From the NCBI GenBank assembly GCA_029986255.1, contig DALTYD010000001.1:23063-87062 (forward strand): a stretch of DNA of 64,000 bases, in the 5' to 3' direction. Position numbers and translations under genes: made by a program. Numbering within the stretch: the first letter of the stretch is position 1; every line of letters starts with the position of its first letter. The DNA is from Methanocorpusculum sp. (GTDB lineage: Archaea > Halobacteriota > Methanomicrobia > Methanomicrobiales > Methanocorpusculaceae). Of the stretch, positions 1 to 9,947 are shown one piece after another. Below the pieces are notes generated by a model that did no database searches, was not told the origin of the DNA, and worked only from the letters and a program-made list of their open reading frames with translations.

Positions 1-2
1 GA

Positions 3-164
3 TTATGTGAACGATTCTTTGAGATCGCCTATGGCGAGACAGGAATGATTCCAAATGGTGATTTCGAGAGTGAGATAAGGACTGAAATGGTTCGTCGAGG
101 GATTGATTATGTATCCCTCTTTCCCAAAAACCATGAGCAATCTCTGATAATTCGAAAATGGTGA
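3..164 (+). CDS. 3' end of a CDS running off the left edge; probably the PP-loop/adenine-nucleotide alpha-hydrolase family gene that usually precedes rpl39e
   Basis: Manual translation of frame 3: LCERFFEIAYGETGMIPNGDFESEIRTEMVRRGIDYVSLFPKNHEQSLIIRKW*; stop 7 nt before rpl39e. Identity rests on position only. Confidence 0.5.
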   Translation, partial: LCERFFEIAYGETGMIPNGDFESEIRTEMVRRGIDYVSLFPKNHEQSLIIRKW

Positions 165-170
165 TTAACC

Positions 171-323
171 ATGAGCAAACTTACTAAAGCTCGTAAGATT
201 CGTCTTGCAAAGGCGACCCATCAGAACCGCCGTGTTCCTGCATGGGTCATGATAAAAACAAAGCGCACCGTTGTGTCGCACCCGTGCAGACGCAACTGGA
301 GACGCAGTACTCTGAAGGTGTAA
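171..323 (+). CDS. rpl39e: 50S ribosomal protein L39e
   Basis: Manual translation (below ORF-track cutoff): [58 protein letters not shown] and RRNWRR signatures; directly upstream of L31e. Confidence 0.97.
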   Translation: MSKLTKARKIRLAKATHQNRRVPAWVMIKTKRTVVSHPCRRNWRRSTLKV

Positions 324-327
324 AAAA

Positions 328-591
328 ATGGTAGAAGCACAAAAGGAACAAGTATATGTTATTCCACTCCGTGATGTCAAGCGAGTACCATGTTATAAAC
401 GTGCTAACGCTGCAATTAAAGACATTCGCAGCTACCTGAAGCATCACATGAAAAGTGATGATGTTAAGCTTGATATGAGTATTAATGAGGCTGTCTGGGC
501 TCGTGGATCTCAGAAGCCTCCTAGACACATTCGTGTTCGTGCAATGAAATTTGAAGATGGACAGGTTCAGGCAGAACGTGCTGAGGAGTAA
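328..591 (+). CDS. rpl31e: 50S ribosomal protein L31e
   Basis: YVIPLR...KRANAAIK...[19 protein letters not shown] motifs; canonical position. Confidence 0.97.
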   Translation: MVEAQKEQVYVIPLRDVKRVPCYKRANAAIKDIRSYLKHHMKSDDVKLDMSINEAVWARGSQKPPRHIRVRAMKFEDGQVQAERAEE

Positions 592-1260
592 ATGGATCAT
601 ACCCTGTCACTGAATGGAGACCCAAACATTGGCGTCTTCTCTCGTGTCTTTGAAGATATTGCCTTTGTCCCACTTGATTCCCCGGATCGGTTCAGATCAC
701 AGATAGCAGAAGCTCTTGATGTAGAAATAATCCCTACATTTATCCAGGGATCGTCTGTAATTGGTCTACTTCTTACAGGTAATTCTCGTGGGTTTGTCGT
801 ATCTGGTCTTATTCATGATTCTGAACTTGACCTTCTTCAGGAGTACGGTGATGTTTTGCTTCTTGGGGAAGAGATGAATGCGGCAGGGAATATTATTCTT
901 ACCAATGATTCATTTGCAATTGTGCATCCTAGCATGTCACTAGAAATGAGAAGAATGGTTTCTGACTTCCTGAAAGTCGAGACGATCCCACTGTCTTTTG
1001 GAGGTATTGGCACTGTAGGGATGGCAGGTGCCTGTACTAATGCAGGTGTTCTGTTGCCCACGCAGAGTTTTCCTGAAGAACTCGTTAATCTCGAAAACAA
1101 CCTTCCAACAGAGAACGTTTCCGTTGGTACAGGTTCCGTGAACATGGGTTCGGGTATGATTGGAACAGGTCTGATCGTCAACAGCAAGGGTTATTTGGCC
1201 GGAAACGCTACTACGGGCTTTGAACTCGGTCGGATTGAAGATGTATTTGGATTTATCTGA
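592..1260 (+). CDS. eif6: Translation initiation factor aIF-6
   Basis: GDPNIGVF, GNIILTND, GSVNMGS, TTGFELGRIED motifs; L31e-aIF6-LX synteny. Confidence 0.96.
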   Translation: MDHTLSLNGDPNIGVFSRVFEDIAFVPLDSPDRFRSQIAEALDVEIIPTFIQGSSVIGLLLTGNSRGFVVSGLIHDSELDLLQEYGDVLLLGEEMNAAGNIILTNDSFAIVHPSMSLEMRRMVSDFLKVETIPLSFGGIGTVGMAGACTNAGVLLPTQSFPEELVNLENNLPTENVSVGTGSVNMGSGMIGTGLIVNSKGYLAGNATTGFELGRIEDVFGFI

Positions 1261-1272
1261 GGTAAAATTACT

Positions 1273-1458
1273 ATGCAAAAATTTGAAGTAAAGGGCACGT
1301 TCAAAAACGATGGACAGATGAAGCCCTATACAAAGAGGATAGATGCACCTAGCGAACGTCTTGCAGGAGAGTTTACTCTTGCAACGATTGGAAGCAAGCA
1401 TAGACTTGAGCGAAAATATATTACTGTTGATTCTATAAAGGCTATCAATGGCGAGTAA
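1273..1458 (+). CDS. rpl18a: 50S ribosomal protein LX (L18Ae/L20a)
   Basis: FEVKG..., IGSKHRLERKYI motif; synteny. Confidence 0.93.
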   Translation: MQKFEVKGTFKNDGQMKPYTKRIDAPSERLAGEFTLATIGSKHRLERKYITVDSIKAINGE

Positions 1459-1897
1459 TGCAAATCTGGTAAATCGGGAGCAGGAGGTACAGGCACTCCG
1501 TTCCTATGCTGCAGAATATTCTCAGCAGTTTGAACTTCTGTCTCAACAATTGCGTTTTATCGAATCTGCTCGTGCGGAGTCTCTTGCTTCCATTGAGACA
1601 CTAGAAGCTCTGATTAACACGACTGGAGAGCTTTCTACCCTCCTAAGTCTTGGTGGTGGTGTATCTGTTCGGGCACTCGTTCAGGACACAAAGAAAATGC
1701 TTGTTGGGATTGGTGCGGGAGTTATGGTTGAAAAATCAACTGAGGAGGCAATCTCTTTCCTGCATGATCGGATCATTGAGATGGATGCATCTGGCAAACG
1801 ACTTTCTGAGTCTCTCGAAAAACTACAAAGTCAGATGGCTGTAGTTGAGCAGCGCATACAGGAAATTTTTGCTTCTACACAGCAGTCATCCCACTGA
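1448..1897 (+). CDS. pfdA: Prefoldin subunit alpha
   Basis: Coiled-coil / beta-hairpin (LGGGV, VGIGAGVMVEKS) / coiled-coil architecture; synteny. Confidence 0.95.
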   Translation: MASNANLVNREQEVQALRSYAAEYSQQFELLSQQLRFIESARAESLASIETLEALINTTGELSTLLSLGGGVSVRALVQDTKKMLVGIGAGVMVEKSTEEAISFLHDRIIEMDASGKRLSESLEKLQSQMAVVEQRIQEIFASTQQSSH

Positions 1898-3121
1898 TAT
1901 TTTTTCATATCTTTTGGTTTAAATACTGTTTTTATCGAAAATTTTGCGAATATCCTCTATTCATGAGACTATTTGGAATAAAAACCTCTCTAAGAATAGA
2001 TATCAAATTTGGATGTATTGTAAGTACATATTTCATTTGTTTTATCGAATATTTCTAGAGAGCTTCCCCTCCTTGAAAATTTGAAACCTCCATTATTCAG
2101 TTTAGTTTTCTGCGTTTTATTTTGGAAAGTTAAGAATATTCTCTCCACTTATCAATTATGTGGAGAAATTTGGAGGGATTATAGATGCGTATCCCTCTAT
2201 TGTGTCTTTATTGTCAGAATCAGTAGATACAGATTTACTCTCTTCTGTTTTTAGTAATTCTTCTGGAACCTAATGTTCCCAATGAGATCTCATTGTTTTT
2301 TGTCATTCTAATTAAGTTTAGCTCTCACAATTTTGAAGAAATCGTGTCTATGAATTGACTGTGTATTTTCTACTGTTTTGTATGTCTTATATGGTTACAA
2401 TATCTTCTATACAGCTAGAGCCATGCTAATACATTGATCAATGTGTATGGATAATTTATCAAAGGAGGTGATGTTGGAGATCTCCGAGAGGTACATTTCC
2501 TAATTGATATTAAATCCGTTACATTATCTCTTGCACTGAAGATGCAGATTTGCGCGTTTTCTCTGTACTCTCTTGGCGACATTTGAATCTCTCTATTTGG
2601 AGACATAGAGCTTTATTTATCAATTGATGATATATCACACACTACACTGATTGTGGTATGAACTGATGATGCCGTGGAGCGTTGACGAATATGTCAGCTC
2701 TGTTATGCTCATTAGATTCTATTGAAATGATTGATATATTTGAACAATTTATAAATATATTCTTTTATCATAATTCTTTCTTGAATGTTTCTGTATAATA
2801 ATAGCCTCCTACTATATATTTTTGCGACGAAATGTTGCAATATGAAATTATCAATTCTTTTCCATACTTTTTAATATGTTGGATATATGGAGTGAAGTAG
2901 ACATTACAATTATTTTATTTTTATATCACTTTTTATTTTTTTAAGTTTGCTCTGCCTGAAAAACATATGTCCTGAAGAAAAGAGATAAAAAATGATCTAT
3001 TATTTTAGTTTTTTGAATAAGGTTTGCAAGGTTTCAACTATCTCTATCGAATGATATGCAGAACTTTTCCCATTTAAAAATAGCAGAGGCAATTTATACT
3101 TTTAGGGTAAATAGTTAGATA

Positions 3122-4288
3122 ATGTTTGAAGGGTTGAAGAAAAAACTCAGCGAAATTACCAAAAAACTTGGAAAAAGTATTGAATCTTCCTCTGTGACAA
3201 ACGAGAATAAGGTTGATCCGCTTCTTCTTAAAACTCATACCATTTCGGATACTGGTGATTCAATCGGAATTTCATCAACGGAGGCTACAATCCCAACTGA
3301 AGAGTCTGTTCCATCATCTCTAGTTTCGTCCTCATCTTCAGTGACTGAGAAACCGTTCTCTATCACAGCTGAAAAACCAACTCTTTATGCCAATAAACCC
3401 GGATTTTTTGGAAAGTTAAAGACACTTGTCGTTGAAAGAGAGTTCATTCTTTCGGAAAAAGATATCGATGAAACACTTTTTGAGTTACAGGTGATACTTC
3501 TTGAGGCTGATGTTGCATTTCCAGTTGTGGAAGCAATCATAGTCCACATGAAAAAAGAACTTGTTGGAACTCATCGAAAAATTCGCGAATCTCCTGAAAT
3601 GATTGTAACCAATGCTCTTCGGCATGCTATTGATGGTGTGCTTGGTGATGGGTTTGATTTGCTCGACTATATTAAGTCCAATGATAATCCTGTAAAAATT
3701 CTCTTTATTGGTGTAAACGGTACTGGAAAAACCACCTCAATTGCAAAAATAGCATATTATCTTCAGAATCATGGAATGTCCGTAGTTGTTGGTGCTGGAG
3801 ATACATTCAGAGCTGGAGCGATTGAACAACTTCGTGTGCATTGTGATAGGCTTGGTATCAAGCTTATCGCCCATCGTGAAGGGGCAGATCCGTCTGCAGT
3901 TCTTTTTGATACTGTGGAGTACGCAAAATCTCATAATATTGATGTTGTGTTAGCAGATTCTGCGGGTCGATTCCACAATCGTGTCAATCTGATGAATCAG
4001 TTGGAGAAGATAAAACGTGTAGTGAAACCGAACCTCGTTTTTTATGTGGATGAGGCGGTTGCTGGAAATGATGCAGTGATCCGTGCTGCGGAGTTTGAAA
4101 AGACGATATCCATTGATGGAGTGATTTTAACCAAAGTGGACATGGATCCGAAAGGAGGTGCTGCAATATCTATTGCTTATACCATTGGTAAGCCGCTGGT
4201 ATTTCTTGGGATTGGTCAGGAGATCTCTGATATGAAACCATTTGTTCCAGCGTTGATTACAGATGCAATTTTTGGAGAGGAGATCTAA
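3122..4288 (+). CDS. ftsY: SRP receptor FtsY
   Basis: GVNGTGKTT, DTFRAGA, DSAGR, TKVD GTPase motifs; MFEGLKKKL N-terminus; Ser/Thr-rich linker. Confidence 0.97.
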   Translation: MFEGLKKKLSEITKKLGKSIESSSVTNENKVDPLLLKTHTISDTGDSIGISSTEATIPTEESVPSSLVSSSSSVTEKPFSITAEKPTLYANKPGFFGKLKTLVVEREFILSEKDIDETLFELQVILLEADVAFPVVEAIIVHMKKELVGTHRKIRESPEMIVTNALRHAIDGVLGDGFDLLDYIKSNDNPVKILFIGVNGTGKTTSIAKIAYYLQNHGMSVVVGAGDTFRAGAIEQLRVHCDRLGIKLIAHREGADPSAVLFDTVEYAKSHNIDVVLADSAGRFHNRVNLMNQLEKIKRVVKPNLVFYVDEAVAGNDAVIRAAEFEKTISIDGVILTKVDMDPKGGAAISIAYTIGKPLVFLGIGQEISDMKPFVPALITDAIFGEEI

Positions 4289-5644
4289 ATGAGCCTCGAT
4301 CAACTTTCAACCTCTCTGAAGGATGCTCTGAAAAAACTATCCGGAAAAACGATCATTGATCGTGGTGCTGTGGATGAGTTGATTCGCGATCTCCAACGGG
4401 CGTTGCTATCAGCAGATGTCAATGTTAAGCTTGTAATGCAGCTGTCTCAGTCGATCAAATCTCGGGCTCTGAATGAGGTTTTATCTCCTGGTGTGAATGT
4501 CCGTGAACATGTACTGCGAGTTGTGTATTTAGAGCTTGTAAAACTCGTTGGAAAGAGGGCTGAACTCCAATTACATCCACAGAAAATCTTAATGGTTGGA
4601 TTACAGGGTTCTGGTAAGACAACTACGACTGGAAAGTTGTGTCGATACTTTCAACGCAAGGGTTTGAAGGTCGGGGCAATTGGCGCTGATAATTTTCGAC
4701 CGGGTGCCTATGCCCAGCTTGAAACATTATGCAAAAAGATCAATGTTCCATGCTACGGCGATCCATTGGAGAGAGATGCAGTGAAAATCATCCATGATGG
4801 TCTGATTGCATTAAAGGGTATGGAGGTTATCATTGTGGATACTGCAGGTCGTCATGCTCTGGAGGACGATATGATCTGGGAGATATCACAAATCAATGAT
4901 TTGCTCCAACCAGATCACCGTTGGCTTGTAATTGATGCAGCACTTGGCCAGGCTGCACGAGATCAGGCGAAGCGGTTCCATGAGGCCATAGATATTGATG
5001 GCGTGATTGTAACCAAGATGGATGGTACGGCCAAAGGAGGTGGAGCTATGTCTGCAGTCTCCGAAACCCAGTCTGGTATTGTGTTCATAGGTAATGGTGA
5101 GACAATTGAGGATATGGAACGGTTTGATGCGAATGGTTTCATATCTCGTTTGCTGGGCATGGGTGATTTGAAGGCGCTCGTCGAGAAGGCAGAGGATGTT
5201 ATCAAACCAGATGATGCGGATGTTAACGCGATGCTGCGTGGAAAATTCTCTTTGAGTGATATGTACAAGCAGTTGGAAGCGGTACAGAAAATGGGTCCGT
5301 TAAAACAAGTGCTCTCAATGTTACCTCTTGGTGGAATGAGTTTACCTTCTGACGCATTAGATGGAACAGCGGTTCGAATGAAGAAATTTCGAATTATTAT
5401 GGACTCAATGACGCAACAGGAATTGGATAATCCTTCGTTGCTCAATACATCTCGAATGATACGAGTTGCTCAAGGTTCGGGGACGGCAGTTGATGAGGTA
5501 CGCGAGCTTATCAAATACCATAAGATGATGCAAAAGATGCTGAAGGGATTTCGAGGAAATCGGGTGATGATGAATAAGATGATGAAGCAGATTAGCAAGG
5601 ATGGTGGTGTTCTTGCTGGAATAGATCGCATGAATCATCGCTAA
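4289..5644 (+). CDS. srp54: Signal recognition particle protein SRP54
   Basis: GLQGSGKTTT, DTAGRH, TKMDG motifs; Met-rich C-terminal M domain. Confidence 0.98.
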   Translation: MSLDQLSTSLKDALKKLSGKTIIDRGAVDELIRDLQRALLSADVNVKLVMQLSQSIKSRALNEVLSPGVNVREHVLRVVYLELVKLVGKRAELQLHPQKILMVGLQGSGKTTTTGKLCRYFQRKGLKVGAIGADNFRPGAYAQLETLCKKINVPCYGDPLERDAVKIIHDGLIALKGMEVIIVDTAGRHALEDDMIWEISQINDLLQPDHRWLVIDAALGQAARDQAKRFHEAIDIDGVIVTKMDGTAKGGGAMSAVSETQSGIVFIGNGETIEDMERFDANGFISRLLGMGDLKALVEKAEDVIKPDDADVNAMLRGKFSLSDMYKQLEAVQKMGPLKQVLSMLPLGGMSLPSDALDGTAVRMKKFRIIMDSMTQQELDNPSLLNTSRMIRVAQGSGTAVDEVRELIKYHKMMQKMLKGFRGNRVMMNKMMKQISKDGGVLAGIDRMNHR

Positions 5645-6437
5645 ATCTATTTCTACCATTTTAAAAATTAAAAATAGGAGCGATATCTACAAAATTATTT
5701 GCTTGATCAACTTCTTTGTTTTTACCTACCATTCTGCTATACGTTTTGTTGCAAATATATGCGCATATGCGCATCGTCTCTCCTGCACAATAAGTATCAA
5801 ATATGAACTCCAGTTTTTTTTCGTCAGTTCATGTTAGAAATAGATCATTCTTTTTGTCGAAATTATTTTTAATATTTCTAAATCATTTTTAGAAACTCGC
5901 TGGATGTTTTTATAATCTGTTATTTTTCTGGAAATATTTTTAGTAAATTATTCGATGTTGTACATATCATATTGTCATATTAAATTATGTCGCCATCAAA
6001 ATTTTACCTACTTTAATTCATCTTTTTATTATCATTTTTGTAATTCTATATTATTGATTTATGAGTATACTTTGTATCTTTTTTATTAATTATGATGTAC
6101 AATCATGTTTATGTTATGTAAAATTATATGACTTAATATATATAAATGAAACATCTATTTTTCAAAGGATCCATGTTCCCTTTTATATCAAAACAAAATA
6201 AGTTCTAATTATCAACCATCCACATTATTATTTATCTCAAATTCTTTCTAGAATATGTTTGTTATTCTGTTATATCTGTCTGATACCAATAATTTTTTGA
6301 TAAATTTTTCATTCTCTCTGAATTCTTCCTTATACATTGTTATTGGGTGATAGGGGGAACACCCAATTCAAAAATAATTCTCTCACTCGCTTACTATTTT
6401 TTAATTATTAGTATTTTTATTAACTACCTACCTCCAT

Positions 6438-7277
6438 TCATGTGATGTTTTTGCGGGATGCATACAAGTACTCTTGAGCATATCCTGCAAATTTTCCAAA
6501 ATGTTCGCGAGCATATGTCTCTGCTTTGGTATAAGAGAGTTTCTTTTTTCCCCCAATATATTTGTTACGTATAATTCTCTCTATCCATACGTCAACAGGT
6601 ACTGCTTCTAATTTTTCAAATGCAAATAATAATACACAGTCGGCAATTTTTGGCCCAACACCTTTTAACTCACAGAGTCTCTTTTTGGCATCTTGATAGG
6701 AAAGATTGCGTATTTCTTCACTCCACTCTGGATTTTTACATACCATTTCTGCTGCTTGGAATATGTACTCATCTCGAAATCCAACTTTGCAGGTTCGAAT
6801 GTCTCTGATAGGGACCTTGCCAATTGTTTCGGGCTGTGGAAATGAGTAAAATATTTTGTTATCACATGTCAACTTTTTTCCATACTTTTCTGCGAGATTT
6901 TCTATTCGCATCTGAATAGTTGGGATACTGGAACAGCTGGAACAAATGTATGAGATAAGGCATTCCCATGGATCCTGGCGCATAATTCGCAATCCTTGGC
7001 ATCGAAAGATCGCATCGTGGATCACTGGATCGCAGTCTATGTGAGATAGAATTTTGTTTAGATTATGATCCAGCGAAAAATAGTGAATGAGCTCTCTCTC
7101 TTTCATACCCTCGTACTCGAGTCCCTCTTTTGTTTGCTGTACTTTCCAAACCATAGTATCACCATAGGGGGATGGGGAATACCATATGTCATTGTGTTTC
7201 CTCCATCGGAATGCTTGACCACAGGAAATACTTAAATCAAGATTAAACCAAAGTCCCTCAAGTGGCAATATCTGCAT
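6438..7277 (-). CDS. ogg: 8-oxoguanine DNA glycosylase (Ogg1-like, HhH-GPD)
   Basis: CGQAFRW N-terminus, QDPWECLISYI, LKGVGPKIADC HhH, PVDVW, AGYAQEYLY. Confidence 0.9.
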   Translation of the reverse strand: MQILPLEGLWFNLDLSISCGQAFRWRKHNDIWYSPSPYGDTMVWKVQQTKEGLEYEGMKERELIHYFSLDHNLNKILSHIDCDPVIHDAIFRCQGLRIMRQDPWECLISYICSSCSSIPTIQMRIENLAEKYGKKLTCDNKIFYSFPQPETIGKVPIRDIRTCKVGFRDEYIFQAAEMVCKNPEWSEEIRNLSYQDAKKRLCELKGVGPKIADCVLLFAFEKLEAVPVDVWIERIIRNKYIGGKKKLSYTKAETYAREHFGKFAGYAQEYLYASRKNIT

Positions 7278-7287
7278 AAAAAAGTGC

Positions 7288-7467
7288 TTATCCTTTAATC
7301 ATCAAATAGCCGAAAATAATACTTCCAATACCCGTAATTGCCAAAGTGATACCTATTCCTCCCAGCAGAACCTGAATCAATAAAGGTAACCAGTACCCCA
7401 TCAGGATGAATCCACTGATTAAAAGAATAACACCAACTAATATGGTTACAAGGCCCGTTCTATCCAT
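7288..7467 (-). CDS. Small two-TM membrane protein (59 aa), unknown function
   Basis: Manual translation: MDRTGLVTILVGVILLISGFILMGYWLPLLIQVLLGGIGITLAITGIGSIIFGYLMIKG*; stop 10 nt upstream of ogg on the same strand. Confidence 0.75.
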   Translation of the reverse strand: MDRTGLVTILVGVILLISGFILMGYWLPLLIQVLLGGIGITLAITGIGSIIFGYLMIKG

Positions 7468-8571
7468 CTATATATTATCTCGTCTGTTTATACTAATAAT
7501 CTTCCTTTTGTAATGTCGTCTGTGGGAATGTTTATTTATGAGTTATGTGATGAAAAAAGTGTCTTTGGAATCCTTTGTTTGATTAGAAAATTCCCAAAAA
7601 ATATCTGCGAATAATTGGTGTTTTGTTCATCGCGAGGTCAGTAAGCATTTGATGATTTTCACATACTCATTTAACCAAGCTCTCTTTCTCGGTGGGTCGA
7701 TGCTTGATGTTACTGATGGGATAGTCCAACAGCATTCATTAATGTCTGGCGTCGCTTGGAAAACCTACTACTACTGTCCCCCTTTTCTAAGTTCAGAATT
7801 GTCAGTTTGCATTTATTTTCTGTGTTTATGTCCATCATTTTTATGTTTCTCCTATTCGTCAACCTATTCCTAGTTTATTGATTATATTGTATTGCTCTGT
7901 ACTATGATGCCAAGGCGTTTAGAATCTTCTTTACATTTCAAGTGACAGATAGAACAATAGGACACATTTTAATTCGGAGATGCCGATTGACTGCAATATC
8001 TTTCTTCCCATTTTTCGCATAATTATCCACTTGGTTCTGCTCTGTGTTGATGTGTTGTATTTGGTCCTCTCCTCCTGATTGCAATTCTTGATATTCTTGT
8101 TTTGTTCTGAGATAACATCGTGTTTTATCTGAATAATTCACACAGTATTGTCCTAGAGTATTTTTAGCACCCCCTTATTATTTTCAGGGTATGTGATTAT
8201 CTGCTGAGATTATACCTATAATGGTATTTTGGATCTCTAGATCGATACCTGCACTATCCACTCTCGAGTCTGATTGAATAAAAATGATAACTTTCTTTGT
8301 TTTTTGTCTTATTTGTTATATATCCTCATTTTAATGATGCAGACCTATGCCGTTGAGCAGTGCATAGTACTAGTATCTTTCGAACTGCGTCAATGGTATG
8401 ATTATGCTCATTATCCACTCTAAGTATTGAGCATATTGTTAAGACGCAATGATTTACCTAAATCCTGATGTTGATTGTTATATATTCCCAATTGTTGGGA
8501 TGTTTCTCTCCTCATTTTCTGTACATGTGTCTGAATGAAGAATCTTATTTTTTTTGTTTCAAAAAAGACTG

Positions 8572-9153
8572 TTAGGATCGTTCTCCATAGATACGCTTGA
8601 TTTCATATGCCTGAGCAGAGTTATCTTTTCTGTGGATGATATTACCTTTTCGCAGTTTGATGCGAGTAATCCTGAACTGTTTCCCACCAACTGATGTGAT
8701 ATGATCAACTGTGTACATTTTCTTACCAGGCACCTGTTCATAAAGTGAGATCGTAATCGGTCCCTTGTTTAGGGAGGCATGGATGAGAACTTTGTCTAGG
8801 AGGCGAGTCCAGATAACTTCAATATCTTTTGCTAAAAGTTTAGATCTGCGAGTGTTTTCACGTTCGATTGACATGACCTCTACATCGTAGGATTTACCTC
8901 CAACTTTTGATACTAGAATGTCTCCAACAGAACAAATATCTTCTTCCATAAGTTCAGTGGTCCCAATATATGATTTTGTTCCGTGGCTGACGATACTTTT
9001 GATGATACAGCTCTTTGGTTTTCTTCGCGTAATTCTTGTTATGTACCCACAATCAACGCAGCGGACAACGGTTAATGGTGTTTTTTTGAGAATTTCAAAG
9101 TCCGTTTCCTTGTTACAGGAGGGACAGCTAAAACTTATCATTTCTGTATTCAT
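8572..9153 (-). CDS. Archaeal Zn-finger protein (HVO_0476-like family)
   Basis: CPSC...VRCVDCG zinc ribbon; C-terminal AYEIKRIY motif. Confidence 0.8.
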   Translation of the reverse strand: MNTEMISFSCPSCNKETDFEILKKTPLTVVRCVDCGYITRITRRKPKSCIIKSIVSHGTKSYIGTTELMEEDICSVGDILVSKVGGKSYDVEVMSIERENTRRSKLLAKDIEVIWTRLLDKVLIHASLNKGPITISLYEQVPGKKMYTVDHITSVGGKQFRITRIKLRKGNIIHRKDNSAQAYEIKRIYGERS

Positions 9154-9346
9154 TGTGATTGTACTTGTTTCGTTTTTAGATGATTATAAATACTCCTGAA
9201 ATCCGGACGATGGAAACTCTTTTTTTTGTATTTTTTTTATGATCTAGTCAAAACATATAAATCTCCCTTCTATGTGAATACTTAAAAGTATTCCCTCTAG
9301 AAAATATATTTGTTCTCTGACAATTAAAAATATCATATCTAATATT

Positions 9347-9772
9347 ATGGAGTTTCTTGAAATCATTCACTGTCGTGGTCATAAGAACATTAGGGCGCGT
9401 CACAAAAGTACATTTGAGATCACAAAAGAGATTGATCTTTCCCTCAATGGTGATTGCATTATTGCGGTTGGTGCGGACCGCTGTGCTGCTGATCTCTCTT
9501 CTGAGTTTCGTGAGGCTCTTTCCCATGATGAGACCACTCTGACGACAACGCTATCTTGTGGCGATATTACTGTTATTGTTCATTCTAAAGGTTGTGTTGG
9601 TATAACTCTCACGCATAAAACTGATCTAGTCTGGAGGCGCAGCACTTTTCTCTGCCCCCGTACCGTTGCTATCTGCAGTGATTATACTGCATGGCAACTT
9701 CCTCGTGAATTGATAAAAAAGTTACAGAATGAAGAGGAAATGATTGTTACTCTTCGGGCTGAACTTCTGTGA
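9347..9772 (+). CDS. DUF371 family protein
   Basis: GHKNIRARHKSTFEITKE..LSLNGDCII motif. Confidence 0.9.
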   Translation: MEFLEIIHCRGHKNIRARHKSTFEITKEIDLSLNGDCIIAVGADRCAADLSSEFREALSHDETTLTTTLSCGDITVIVHSKGCVGITLTHKTDLVWRRSTFLCPRTVAICSDYTAWQLPRELIKKLQNEEEMIVTLRAELL

Positions 9773-9947
9773 TCGTTAATTCTGCTTTCTGTAAAAATTC
9801 TTCACAGTTGCGGATAAGTGCAAGTCCTTCTTGATGCAGGCGCACGGCCTCTTCAATTGGAGTATCGGGATCATCAAGTTTCTTTGCAATTTCCTTTAAC
9901 TTGGTGATCATCGATTCATATGTTTGGGTATTAGGTTTCTCTGTCAT
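9747..9947 (-). CDS. xseB: Exodeoxyribonuclease VII small subunit
   Basis: TYESMITKLKEI...IEEAVRLHQEG..LIRNCEEFLQKAE; follows xseA. Confidence 0.93.
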   Translation of the reverse strand: MTEKPNTQTYESMITKLKEIAKKLDDPDTPIEEAVRLHQEGLALIRNCEEFLQKAELTITEVQPEE

